NCBI GenBank assembly: GCA_902790415.1
Contig: CADARU010000002.1
Location: 1-60,973, forward strand
DNA: 60,973 nucleotides
DNA from: an uncultured Pseudomonadota bacterium
GTDB taxonomy: Bacteria; Pseudomonadota; Alphaproteobacteria; Rs-D84
Reading direction: 5' to 3'
The number at the start of each line of letters is the position of its first letter. Position 1 is the stretch's first letter. Below, one piece after another: positions 1 to 9,297 of the stretch. The notes under the pieces were generated by a model. The model was not told the origin of the DNA and searched no databases. It saw only the letters and a list, made by a program, of their open reading frames with translations. The translations under genes and the position numbers were made by a program.

Positions 1-600
1 CTGTGGGGCGGCCGGTATCAACCTAAACGCACGCAAAATCCATCGAACAAGATTTATAATATTTCTAAACACCCCAACAACATCAGACCATTTTATATGC
101 AACAATATTCCGCCCAAAACACAAAACACACCGATAAACAAAATCCCCAACAAAATACCAAAACCACCAATCAACCCGCCAATATCAGATGCCACAATCG
201 CCCCCAACATTCCACCATATGTGGCACGTGGCACAACCAATCCGAGCCCCGCACAGCCAAAACACAACGCAACAAAACCACGCAACAAATTATATTCAGG
301 TGGCATATCGCCCCTGTTACCCGAAATTAAAACGAAACCAAATCTGGTCAGACATAAAAACAGAAACAATGTTGGCAAAAAACCGACCGAATATCTGAAA
401 AAAACGACAATATTGCCAATAATGCCTTGATTTCCAAATGTACTGGCACAGGCAAAGCCGTCCAAATAAGGATTATTAAACAGCAACGCAACCACAAACA
501 ACGCACCAACCGCCAACAGTGCGATTCCGCATAATTTGGTTCCCAGGTTCTTTAACGCCCCGGTAACACTGGATGGTAAGAATTTGGATTGATTGCTCAT
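1..600 (-). CDS. Probable FtsK-like DNA translocase, N-terminal membrane domain only (gene starts at 600 and runs off the window at position 1)
   Basis: Not in the supplied track. My translation of the reverse strand from ATG (600-598) stays open to position 1: MSNQSKFLPSSVTGALKNLGTKLCGIALLAVGALFVVALLFNNPYLDGFACASTFGNQGIIGNIVVFF... It has several hydrophobic helices laid out like the FtsK 4TM N-terminus. The motor domain lies outside the window, so the identity is tentative. Confidence 0.45.
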   Translation of the reverse strand, partial: MSNQSKFLPSSVTGALKNLGTKLCGIALLAVGALFVVALLFNNPYLDGFACASTFGNQGIIGNIVVFFRYSVGFLPTLFLFLCLTRFGFVLISGNRGDMPPEYNLLRGFVALCFGCAGLGLVVPRATYGGMLGAIVASDIGGLIGGFGILLGILFIGVFCVLGGILLHIKWSDVVGVFRNIINLVRWILRAFRLIPAAPQ

Positions 601-650
601 TGTGGGTATTGTATCACAAAAAAAAGCAAAAAGATAGCATCAATCGGTTT

Positions 651-1298
651 TTATTTAAACCGGCGCACCAATATGTATTTTACAAAATCGGCACAAACCA
701 TACCAATAAATGCCCCCAAAACAACATCAGACAACCAATGAACACCAACAAACAATCGCGATGCCCCTATTATAATCGCCAACGTCCACGTAAACCACTT
801 TGCCCGCGGTGCCAACAAACCAATCATAACCAAACCGGCAAAAGTTATCGCCGTATGTCCAGATGGCATAGAATTAAACAACCAATCATTTGTCATCGGC
901 ATAAATACATCTGGCCCCATTTCCGCCACAGGGCGTGCACGTCCAAACATAATTTTAGCAATTCCTACGACACAGGCACTGCAAAACACCGAACAAAAAA
1001 CAAAGAACGCATTTCCGCCCTTGATTTTAAGAACGAATTCTTTGATTCCGATTTTTTCATGGGAACGCAAAATCTTGCGAGCATAAAAAATGACCACTGC
1101 CAAGAAAGACATAACCAGCCAATTTTTGGCACAAAATACACCCCCCAAATATTTCCAACCAATCCAATTAAATTTAATTGCAAAATCCGCAAATGGCGCA
1201 TCTAAATAAAATATGGATGCCAAAACAAAAGCACACACAACAATCGTTGCAAATGTCAATAAACGCCATCTAATGTGATTTTCTTTGGATAAAAACAT
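651..1298 (-). CDS. PAP2-family lipid phosphatase (membrane protein)
   Basis: All three PAP2 motifs are present: KIMFGRARP (Kx6RP), PSGHT, SRLFVGVHWLSD (SRx5Hx3D). Multiple TM segments. Confidence 0.8.
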   Translation of the reverse strand: MFLSKENHIRWRLLTFATIVVCAFVLASIFYLDAPFADFAIKFNWIGWKYLGGVFCAKNWLVMSFLAVVIFYARKILRSHEKIGIKEFVLKIKGGNAFFVFCSVFCSACVVGIAKIMFGRARPVAEMGPDVFMPMTNDWLFNSMPSGHTAITFAGLVMIGLLAPRAKWFTWTLAIIIGASRLFVGVHWLSDVVLGAFIGMVCADFVKYILVRRFK

Positions 1299-1307
1299 TT
1301 CAGTCCC

Positions 1308-2822
1308 CTATTGTACAGACAATAAATTATTATACAATTTTTTATCAGTTAATATTTTTGATGCAACCGATAACGCAACCAAATCTTCATCGGCACCATT
1401 TCTTATAACCGGGCAACCATCACGAACCTTGGCAACATCTAAATCTTCTTCTTTATTAAAATCGCGTGCTTTAAAATCATTGTTTATCACATTGAGAAAA
1501 AAGACATTTTGTTGTTTTTCTGTTCTGACACTGGCCAAACAAACCAATGGAAAAACACCACGCCCATCGATAACATTACCCAACCCCGTTTTAATAGATT
1601 TGTTCATCAATTCTAACACACCACCATTTTGTAATTTTATATTTGATGCGACACGCGCCATACCGGCGGTTGGTGTTCCGATTAAAATTCCACGCCCTGT
1701 TTCATATATGGCCGCAGCAATCGCCTCGGCGGTGCCAGACGTTGTGTTTGAAACAATCGCAACCATCGGTACATCTGTCAGTGCCTCATCCGCGGCAAAA
1801 ACTTCCACTTCGTCATGCGCATCTTGGACGATACGCATAATCGGTGTATTACCAATAAACAATCCTGCCAATTTAGCGGCCATTTTTTCATCCGCACCGC
1901 CACTGGCACGCAAATCTAAAATAATACCCGACAAATCTTTATGACGTGCCAAGGCCTCGCTAATTATTGCGATTGCGTTTTCAGATATACGATTAACGAT
2001 TATTTCTAAAACCCCGCCTTCACCACCGGCGGCATTTAAATATATTATATCTGCATCCGCCAATACAACCGTTGCACGACGAACAACCACTCGGCGATTA
2101 CCAGACGGGGTCAATAACATCATTTTTAATGTTCCTGCACCCGCACCAGACATCATTGCCGCCAACGAAGAATCCGCTAAATCCGAAACCAAAACACCAT
2201 TTATTTCTGCAATCAAATCACCAACGGATATTCCCGCCCCTTCGGCCGGGGACCCAGTATAAATTCCCGTAACACGAAAGTTTCCGCGCTCATCACGATA
2301 GCCATCTATTCCAACAGAAGTTAAAATTTGCCCATCGGGGTTAAACAAATTGGCACGCGGAAAAACATATTGACCACTCTGCCCAATACCGCGCAATACA
2401 GAATCAACAACCGTCTGATATATCTCATCCGGGGATGCGGCACGCAAATTTGCATCACGTTCACGCATTTTTAAAATCAACGCGGTTGTAATTTCCCCAA
2501 ACGCGTTCCAATCTTTTGCCCCGGGCCGTGGGTAATTTGCCACAATTGTATCGCCCCAAACCAAAACAACCCGCTCGTCCGTGGCGGCAATATGCGCCTT
2601 GGGGTTTAATTGTTCCAGATTTTCTATGGCAACATCAATGTTTTTTCCCCCCCAACTAATTTCATCCAATTTGCCAAAAATATCGGCAAAAGAATCAGAC
2701 ATTTCAACAACATCCAAACCATCTTGAATTCGTTCATCGTCAGAAAATATTGCGGCATCTGCAACACCGAATCCGACAATCAACGTTATTAAAAATGTCA
2801 TAAATCGTTTTGCCATTCTCAT
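1308..2822 (-). CDS. S41 (C-terminal processing peptidase)-like protein with PDZ region and signal peptide; catalytic dyad possibly degenerate
   Basis: N-terminal signal-like segment, PDZ-like GDLIAEINGV, and an S41 core layout ...IILDLRASGGAD... and VAIVSNTTSGTAEAIAAAIYETGRGILIGTPTAGMARV. See the finding on the catalytic residues. Confidence 0.7.
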   Translation of the reverse strand: MRMAKRFMTFLITLIVGFGVADAAIFSDDERIQDGLDVVEMSDSFADIFGKLDEISWGGKNIDVAIENLEQLNPKAHIAATDERVVLVWGDTIVANYPRPGAKDWNAFGEITTALILKMRERDANLRAASPDEIYQTVVDSVLRGIGQSGQYVFPRANLFNPDGQILTSVGIDGYRDERGNFRVTGIYTGSPAEGAGISVGDLIAEINGVLVSDLADSSLAAMMSGAGAGTLKMMLLTPSGNRRVVVRRATVVLADADIIYLNAAGGEGGVLEIIVNRISENAIAIISEALARHKDLSGIILDLRASGGADEKMAAKLAGLFIGNTPIMRIVQDAHDEVEVFAADEALTDVPMVAIVSNTTSGTAEAIAAAIYETGRGILIGTPTAGMARVASNIKLQNGGVLELMNKSIKTGLGNVIDGRGVFPLVCLASVRTEKQQNVFFLNVINNDFKARDFNKEEDLDVAKVRDGCPVIRNGADEDLVALSVASKILTDKKLYNNLLSVQ

Positions 2823-2851
2823 CTTTGTCCCCCTGGATATTCTTCCGCGGT

Positions 2852-3715
2852 TTAATATTTTGTTTCACGCAAATTAAAGTGATACAAAACAACGTTAGAA
2901 ATATAAATACTGGTCAAAGTTCCCATCACGACCGAGAAAGTCATCGCAATCGCAAAATCACGCAACGCCATCCCGCCAAAAACAAACAACCCCAGCAAAG
3001 CCAAAATTGTCGTTATACTGGTCATAACCGTACGAGACAACATTTCATTTACCGATAAATCAATAATGTCATCCATCGGCATTTTGTGATACTTTTTAAT
3101 ATTTTCATCGATACGGTCATAATTCACAACTTTATCATTTATAGAATAACCGATACCCATCAAAATAACTGCGATTGCCGTTTGATTGAATTCCAATCCA
3201 ACAATAGAAAAGAATCCAAACATTAACACAAAATCCAAAATCAACGACACAAAAGAACCAACCGCATACCCCCCACGATAACGAATCCAGATATACACCG
3301 CCATCAACACAAAAGACACCAATATTGCCAAAATACCACCACGAACCAATTCGCCACCAATTTTTGGACCAACAATTTGAACCTGGGAATATTCTACACG
3401 GTTAGATAAAATATCTTTGATTTCGCGAACACGTTCGTTTTGTTGCGCATCTGTTGCGCCCTTGGGCAGGCCAACGCGAATCAAGATAGAATTATTATCC
3501 ACCGCCTGTAATTCTGGGGTATATGCCGCCAAATCATGACGCATTTTATCAATGGTATAATCCGCCTGAACTGGGGTAACCTCCATAGAAATACCACCAG
3601 CAAAGTCAATACCATAATTCAATCCACGCGTAAACAATGCAACGATTGAAACAATCAACAATATACCCGAAATCCAATACGACAATTTCCGATATTTCAT
3701 AAAATGCAGTTTCAT
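2852..3715 (-). CDS. secF: Protein translocase subunit SecF
   Basis: 287 aa. SecF layout (GLNYGIDFAGG, six TM segments), immediately downstream of secD. Confidence 0.9.
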   Translation of the reverse strand: MKLHFMKYRKLSYWISGILLIVSIVALFTRGLNYGIDFAGGISMEVTPVQADYTIDKMRHDLAAYTPELQAVDNNSILIRVGLPKGATDAQQNERVREIKDILSNRVEYSQVQIVGPKIGGELVRGGILAILVSFVLMAVYIWIRYRGGYAVGSFVSLILDFVLMFGFFSIVGLEFNQTAIAVILMGIGYSINDKVVNYDRIDENIKKYHKMPMDDIIDLSVNEMLSRTVMTSITTILALLGLFVFGGMALRDFAIAMTFSVVMGTLTSIYISNVVLYHFNLRETKY

Positions 3716-3727
3716 AATCTAATCCCC

Positions 3728-5293
3728 TTATTTATTTTTTACATAACCTATTTTTTTATTCTTGCCCCCCATGTACCAGTCAATCAGAACCTTGGACAAA
3801 GAAATACATGTGAACAATGTTGTGATAACACCGATAGACAGCGTTACCGCAAATCCACGAATTGGACCGGCACCGAATTGGAACAAAATCAATGCGCAAA
3901 TCAGGTTTGTTAATTCACCGTCCAAAACCGTTTTCATAGAACGATGGAAACCGGCATCAACCGCACGCAACGGCATTGCGCCCGAACGGATTTCATCACG
4001 AATACGTTCAAACGGTAAAATATTCGCGTCAACCGCCATACCTAATGTCAAAACGATACCCGCAATACCAGGCAACGTTAATGTCGCGCCCATCAGTGCA
4101 GACACACCGATTATCATGGCCAAGTTAACCAGTAACACGATATCTGCAATCAAACCAAAACTGCGATAAACCATTACCATAAATAACAACACAAAAACCA
4201 AGCCGATTAAAGAACCAATCTTACCCTGGGCAATAGTATCTGCACCCAAACCGGCACCAACGGTACGTTCTTCAATAACCTGTAACGGCGCAGGTAACGC
4301 ACCACTGCGCAACAACACCGCCAAATCTTTTGCACCTTGTAATGTGAAACCACCGGAAATTTGACCACGTCCACCCGGAATCGGTTCACGAATTGTCGGC
4401 GCAGATAAAACTTTGCCGTCCAAAACGATTGCGAAACGTTCACCCACGTGTTCAGTCGTTAATTTTGCAAATCTGCGTGCACCTGCCGCATCAAAAACAG
4501 TTGTTACAACCGGCATATTATTTTGGTCAAAGTCGGCCTGGGAATCTTTTAATGATTCACCCGATACTTCCACATGGGAATAAACCGGAACGATATTTTG
4601 TGGTGAATCTATATAAGGTAAAAATTCAGTCCCTGCCGGCGCAACCTTGGATTCAACCTGGGCCGAAGACACGTTTTCATTAACCAAATGGAACGTCATC
4701 TTGGCCGTCTGACCGACCAATTCCTTGATGTGTTCTGGGTTATCTACGCCCGGTAATTGAATCAAGATATATTTTCCACCCTGACTTTGGATAGAAGGTT
4801 CTTTGGTTCCCAATGCATCTATACGACGACGCACAATTTCAATACTGCGCGCCAAGGCATCTTGAACCATATCTTGTTTTTGTTTATCCGAATAAGACAG
4901 AGTCAATGTTTTCCCCGATGAGGAAACATCAACCGTATCACCAAACACACTTCTTAAACGCCCCTTGGCCTTGGATAAATCGTCATCTTCACGAACAACC
5001 AGCGATACATGACCATCACGACTGGTCAGGTTAGAAAAACGAATAACCCCCTTGTTACGGTCAATCATCGCATTACGAACTTCGTCATACAGTTGGGCCG
5101 TTTTTTCTTGCAACATGGTGTTGGTATCAACTTCTAGTAACAGTTGTGCCCCACCCTTTAAGTCCAAGCCCAAAGAAATCGGATGCATCCAAGACGGCAA
5201 ATACCGAGATGTACCCGGAAACATAGTTGGCAACGCCAACAAAACACCAAACAACGCGACAAAAACAATCGCTAATTTTTTAAACATACCCAA
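3728..5293 (-). CDS. secD: Protein translocase subunit SecD
   Basis: 521 aa. LGLDLKGG motif, large periplasmic domain, C-terminal TM bundle; sits in a yajC-secD-secF operon. Confidence 0.9.
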   Translation of the reverse strand: MGMFKKLAIVFVALFGVLLALPTMFPGTSRYLPSWMHPISLGLDLKGGAQLLLEVDTNTMLQEKTAQLYDEVRNAMIDRNKGVIRFSNLTSRDGHVSLVVREDDDLSKAKGRLRSVFGDTVDVSSSGKTLTLSYSDKQKQDMVQDALARSIEIVRRRIDALGTKEPSIQSQGGKYILIQLPGVDNPEHIKELVGQTAKMTFHLVNENVSSAQVESKVAPAGTEFLPYIDSPQNIVPVYSHVEVSGESLKDSQADFDQNNMPVVTTVFDAAGARRFAKLTTEHVGERFAIVLDGKVLSAPTIREPIPGGRGQISGGFTLQGAKDLAVLLRSGALPAPLQVIEERTVGAGLGADTIAQGKIGSLIGLVFVLLFMVMVYRSFGLIADIVLLVNLAMIIGVSALMGATLTLPGIAGIVLTLGMAVDANILPFERIRDEIRSGAMPLRAVDAGFHRSMKTVLDGELTNLICALILFQFGAGPIRGFAVTLSIGVITTLFTCISLSKVLIDWYMGGKNKKIGYVKNK

Positions 5294-5298
5294 AACCT

Positions 5299-5616
5299 TT
5301 ATTTTTCTTCTACACCTGCAACCGCGTTCTTATTAACTTCTATGACAACACCTTTGGCGATTTCTAATTCCAAAGTTTTTTCATTTACTTTTTTAACATT
5401 GCCATAAATACCGGCGGCCAACACACGATTCCCCACACGAATAGAATCAAGCATTTTTTGATATTCGGCCATACGCTTTTTATTTGGGCGAATCATAAAG
5501 AAATAGATAATTACGAACACAACCGCGCAATAGATTATCAAGGACAAACTGCTGCCCTGTTGGGGGGCGGTTTGTGCGACATTATTCACAGCATCTGTAA
5601 CAGGAACATTTTCCAT
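5299..5616 (-). CDS. yajC: Preprotein translocase accessory subunit YajC
   Basis: 105 aa. Single TM followed by FFMIRPNKKR...L..GN.V....GIYG.V pattern; upstream of secD. Confidence 0.85.
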   Translation of the reverse strand: MENVPVTDAVNNVAQTAPQQGSSLSLIIYCAVVFVIIYFFMIRPNKKRMAEYQKMLDSIRVGNRVLAAGIYGNVKKVNEKTLELEIAKGVVIEVNKNAVAGVEEK

Positions 5617-5693
5617 AATATTTTCTCCTTTTTAATAATTATGCCCCCAGAATAGAAAAAAAAACGCAAAAAGTAAAGGGAAAAACCATGGGG

Positions 5694-5715
5694 TTAGTGT
5701 TAGTGGTTAGTGTTA
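5694..5715. repeat. Dispersed short repeat, copy 1 (TTAGTGT-TAGTGG-TTAGTGT-TA; contains the 16-mer TTAGTGGTTAGTGTTA)
   Basis: Direct reading. The 16-mer at 5700-5715 is identical to 31079-31094. Confidence 0.8.
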
Positions 5716-5763
5716 TCTGGAATTTGTTCTTGTTTGCAAAATTATTCCAGAATCTACTAATCA

Positions 5764-7500
5764 CTATCTTTCAAACCAACCGTCTATTTGTGTAAACGGT
5801 ATAAATTTATAGACCGGACGGCCATGATTACACTGGCCCCCACGTTCTGTTTTTTCAATATCACGCAACAATGCGTCCATTTCAATCATGGTTAATTTTT
5901 GGCCCGCACGCACCGAATGATGACACGCATAGTTTGCCAATTTTAAATGCAATTTCTCGTTTAACTGGGACGAATGACCGTATGCACGAACTTCGTCCGC
6001 GATGTCATGCAAAACATCCGCCCAATTCATATCCCAATCCGCCGGCTTTTCAAATATAGCGATTGCATCATCACCAAACCCGTCAACGACCAGGCCCGCG
6101 TTCTTTAAATCATCCGAAATTGTTAATATTGCCGCGACATCTTCGGGTTTTAGATGAACAACAATCGGGGTTAACAGTGGTTGTACCTTTATCGTATGGG
6201 TACGCAATTTTTCGTATGTAATGCGTTCATGCGCGGCATGTTGGTCAACAACAACCAAATTGTCGCCCTTTGTTGCCAATATGTATTTGTTTCCAATTTG
6301 ACCAATAACCGTTCCCAATGGTTTGTCATCAAACAAATCATCCGCCGGTTTAGGCGCACTTTCGTTTTTTGGAATTTCAAAATCCGGATTTTGTGGCACG
6401 CGGCGTTCACAAACACAACCCTGTACCTTGGTGGCCGGTGCCATCGCAGAAAAATTCATTGCGACCGGTTTATCAAATACGCCCCCCACAGAACCATGAA
6501 CTGTATTATATGCAACCGGATTTTGATTTATTGTTTGCCCCAATTTATCCCGCAATGTTTTGATAATAAAAGACCGTACATGTGTTGGTTCCAAAAAATG
6601 CACCTCGGTTTTGGTGGGTGACACGTTTACATCAACGTATGAATTTGGCAACGTTAAATACAACGCGCACAGCGGAAATTCACGTGCATGCATAACATCC
6701 ATATATGCCGCACGCAATGCACCAACCAAAACCTTGTCTTTGACGGGACGACCATTAACAAATAAATATTGGTCAACCGATGAAGCCCGGCGTAATGTCG
6801 GATCAGAAATATACCCATACAGCCGCATCCCCGTTGTAGATGAAGATGCCGCATCTATTTCATACATACGCCCCAACACATCGTCCCCCATAACGGCGGC
6901 AATTCGATCCATTAACGATTGGTCTTTTGGAAAACGCCACTTGTTATTTAAAACAAACCCAACATCCCTGCGCGCCATGGCCAATTTTTTGACCACATCC
7001 AACACCGCCATCATTTCCGCCCGGTCAGACCGCAAAAATTTTAATCGCGCCGGTGTTTTTGCAAATAAATTAGAAACCCGAATTCTTGTTCCTGTTTGCC
7101 AATCAGATGGTCCAACATCGCCCGTATTACAATCCAATCGCCAACCGTTTGCATCCAAACCATTGCATGTGTCGATTATCATATCAGACACAGATGCGAT
7201 TGACGGCAATGCTTCACCACGAAAGCCCATATATTTAATATCCAACAAATCATCAGTTGGTAATTTAGATGTCGCATGTCGTTGAATACAGGCCGATAAA
7301 TCTTGGCGCGACATACCCGAACCGTTATCAACAACATTTATTAACGTACGGCCACCATCAACGACATCTATTAGAATTTGGTCGGCCCCCGCATCCAATG
7401 CGTTTTCAACAACTTCTTTAACAACGCTGGCCCCAGATTCAACAACTTCGCCGGCGGCGATTTGGTTGATTAAATAATCTGGCAATAATCTGACCGACAC
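5764..7500 (-). CDS. mutL: DNA mismatch repair endonuclease MutL
   Basis: N-terminal GHKL ATPase (INQIAAGEVVE..ASVVKEVVENALDAGA). C-terminal endonuclease motif DQHAAHERITYEKL. Confidence 0.9.
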   Translation of the reverse strand: MSVRLLPDYLINQIAAGEVVESGASVVKEVVENALDAGADQILIDVVDGGRTLINVVDNGSGMSRQDLSACIQRHATSKLPTDDLLDIKYMGFRGEALPSIASVSDMIIDTCNGLDANGWRLDCNTGDVGPSDWQTGTRIRVSNLFAKTPARLKFLRSDRAEMMAVLDVVKKLAMARRDVGFVLNNKWRFPKDQSLMDRIAAVMGDDVLGRMYEIDAASSSTTGMRLYGYISDPTLRRASSVDQYLFVNGRPVKDKVLVGALRAAYMDVMHAREFPLCALYLTLPNSYVDVNVSPTKTEVHFLEPTHVRSFIIKTLRDKLGQTINQNPVAYNTVHGSVGGVFDKPVAMNFSAMAPATKVQGCVCERRVPQNPDFEIPKNESAPKPADDLFDDKPLGTVIGQIGNKYILATKGDNLVVVDQHAAHERITYEKLRTHTIKVQPLLTPIVVHLKPEDVAAILTISDDLKNAGLVVDGFGDDAIAIFEKPADWDMNWADVLHDIADEVRAYGHSSQLNEKLHLKLANYACHHSVRAGQKLTMIEMDALLRDIEKTERGGQCNHGRPVYKFIPFTQIDGWFER

Positions 7501-7509
7501 GTATGTAAC

Positions 7510-7980
7510 CTATTCCTTGAATTTCACTTCCAGTATTTCATATTCTTTTTCACCACTGGGCAATCTAACAATACAAGTATCCCCCACACAACGCCCAATC
7601 AATGCACGTCCGACCGGTGAAGTACATGAAATTACTTGTTTGCCATCTGATTCCACATCTGACAAAATACGGCACTGCATACGATTGCCATCCTGGTCTT
7701 CACAAACAACACGCGCACCAAATAAAACCTTGTCCCCGGACAAACTGTCCACATCAATAACAGATGCATTATTGATAAAGTTTTCTATGAATTGAATACG
7801 CCTATCAATTTGACGTTGTTTTTCTTTGGCTGCACTGTAATCCGCGTTTTCCGACAAATCGCCCAACGAACGCGCCCATTGTACAACCTTTAAGATTTCA
7901 GGTCTTTGTACTTCTTTTAAATCTTTTAATTCTTTCAACAGGTCATCAAATCCCTGTCTTGAAATCGGTTTCTTTTCCAT
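7510..7980 (-). CDS. greA: Transcription elongation factor GreA
   Basis: 156 aa. Coiled-coil N-domain plus C-terminal FKBP-like domain with typical GreA sequence (GDLSENADYSAAKE). Confidence 0.9.
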   Translation of the reverse strand: MEKKPISRQGFDDLLKELKDLKEVQRPEILKVVQWARSLGDLSENADYSAAKEKQRQIDRRIQFIENFINNASVIDVDSLSGDKVLFGARVVCEDQDGNRMQCRILSDVESDGKQVISCTSPVGRALIGRCVGDTCIVRLPSGEKEYEILEVKFKE

Positions 7981-8093
7981 TTTTATCGTCCTATTTTTTG
8001 TACATTAATTATAAGTATTCATTTTAATTTTGCAATTATCAATTAAACAAGTTATAATTTTCAAGATATTTTAACAACCTAGACAAACAAGTT

Positions 8094-9149
8094 ATGAAAA
8101 ACAAGATATTATTTCGTTTTCTGCTTAGGCGTTTTTTCTCGGGATGCGCATTGGTGCTGTTAATTGTTTGCGGTATAATTTTTGCGGTAACATTTGTGGA
8201 ACGCCTGCCCAGTAATCCTACAATGATTGCGGCGCTAAATGATGCATGGACAAGATTGATTGAATATATTCCATTGTTTTTGCCATTGGCGATATTTATG
8301 GGCACACTGGTCGCATCTTATAATCTAACCCGGTCCAGCGAGAGTGTCATTATATCCGGCGCGGGTCTATCACCTTTCCAAATCGCGCGTCCTTTTTTAA
8401 TTGGTGCATTTATTATTGGGGCATTGGCAACGACCGTTTTAAACCCCTATGCGGTCCAACTTAGTTCAAAAAATATAACAGAAACCAAACTAAAATTAGT
8501 TGATAACAAAATATGGTTACGCGAAGCATCTGATACCGGGTTTGTAACATTGGTTGCAAAATCCATGCATCAAAACAACCAAGATTTAATCTTTAATGAT
8601 TCTGTGATTTATGTTCAAAGTCCTGATTTCAAATTAACCGACCGTATTGATGCCGCCAGTGTCAGATTATCAGAAAACGGTCTGGATACAGAAAGCGCCC
8701 ATATATTCGATAAAGATGGGAAAATAAAAGATACAAATTGGCATCGGGATACATTAATAAAACCGCAAACCGTTCTGGAACGCTATTTACAACCAAATCA
8801 AATTTCATTTTGGAAATTACCCGGTTTTATCAAACAAATGGCAAAAATCGGTGTAACGGTTCGTGGACACTTAGTTCAATTTTGGACACTGTTGTTTTTA
8901 CCTTTGACCATGATTGCAATGGCAACATTGGGGGTTGCATTTTCCCAAACGAAACAACGCCGTAACCACAGTTTTGGAACAAAATTCGCCCTGGGAATTT
9001 TAACATGTTTTGTATTGTACTTTGTAACAAATTTATTTAGTTCACTTGGGGCAAATGGGACATTGCCGCCATTATTGGCGATAATTGCGCCACCGCTAAT
9101 CATAATTGCGGCATCAGGGGTGTTTATTTCGGGATTTGACAGTATTTAA
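8094..9149 (+). CDS. LPS export ABC permease, LptF/LptG (YjgP/YjgQ) family
   Basis: 351 aa. Three TM helices, a periplasmic beta-jellyroll region, then three TM helices, as in YjgP/YjgQ permeases. I cannot tell LptF from LptG by eye. Confidence 0.7.
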   Translation: MKNKILFRFLLRRFFSGCALVLLIVCGIIFAVTFVERLPSNPTMIAALNDAWTRLIEYIPLFLPLAIFMGTLVASYNLTRSSESVIISGAGLSPFQIARPFLIGAFIIGALATTVLNPYAVQLSSKNITETKLKLVDNKIWLREASDTGFVTLVAKSMHQNNQDLIFNDSVIYVQSPDFKLTDRIDAASVRLSENGLDTESAHIFDKDGKIKDTNWHRDTLIKPQTVLERYLQPNQISFWKLPGFIKQMAKIGVTVRGHLVQFWTLLFLPLTMIAMATLGVAFSQTKQRRNHSFGTKFALGILTCFVLYFVTNLFSSLGANGTLPPLLAIIAPPLIIIAASGVFISGFDSI

Positions 9150-9162
9150 AAAGGACACACAA

Positions 9163-9297
9163 ATGCCATTACGTAAAAAAAATACAAATAAAAAGAAAAT
9201 ATTATTATGGGCACTAATCATCATATTGGTTGTGTTGATGATAATTTATTTTCCACCAAATCAGAATATAACAGAAGTGGTCTTGTATCCAAAATGA
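9163..9297 (+). CDS. Possible small single-pass membrane protein (44 aa)
   Basis: An internal ATG of the 9106..9297 ORF is preceded by AAGGA. It encodes MPLRKKNTNKKKILLWALIIILVVLMIIYF..., and its stop overlaps the xerD start (ATGA). No homology recognised. Confidence 0.25.
   Translation: MPLRKKNTNKKKILLWALIIILVVLMIIYFPPNQNITEVVLYPK

Noticed and set aside
97-430. Three overlapping + strand ORFs with Q/N/T/K-rich low-complexity translations
   Set aside because: They are antisense to the open reverse-strand frame that encodes a plausible polytopic membrane protein (FtsK-like N-terminus). The composition is an antisense artefact.
573-1205. 210-aa + strand ORF
   Set aside because: Antisense to the PAP2 gene, which carries all three family motifs. 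The translation is basic and low-complexity.
5717-5750. Hairpin CTGGAAT...ATTCCAG downstream of mutL as an intrinsic terminator
   Set aside because: The 7-bp arms have a long AT-rich loop and no T-run on the minus strand. I could not support a terminator call.
6560-7285. 241-aa + strand ORF
   Set aside because: Antisense to mutL. No motifs.
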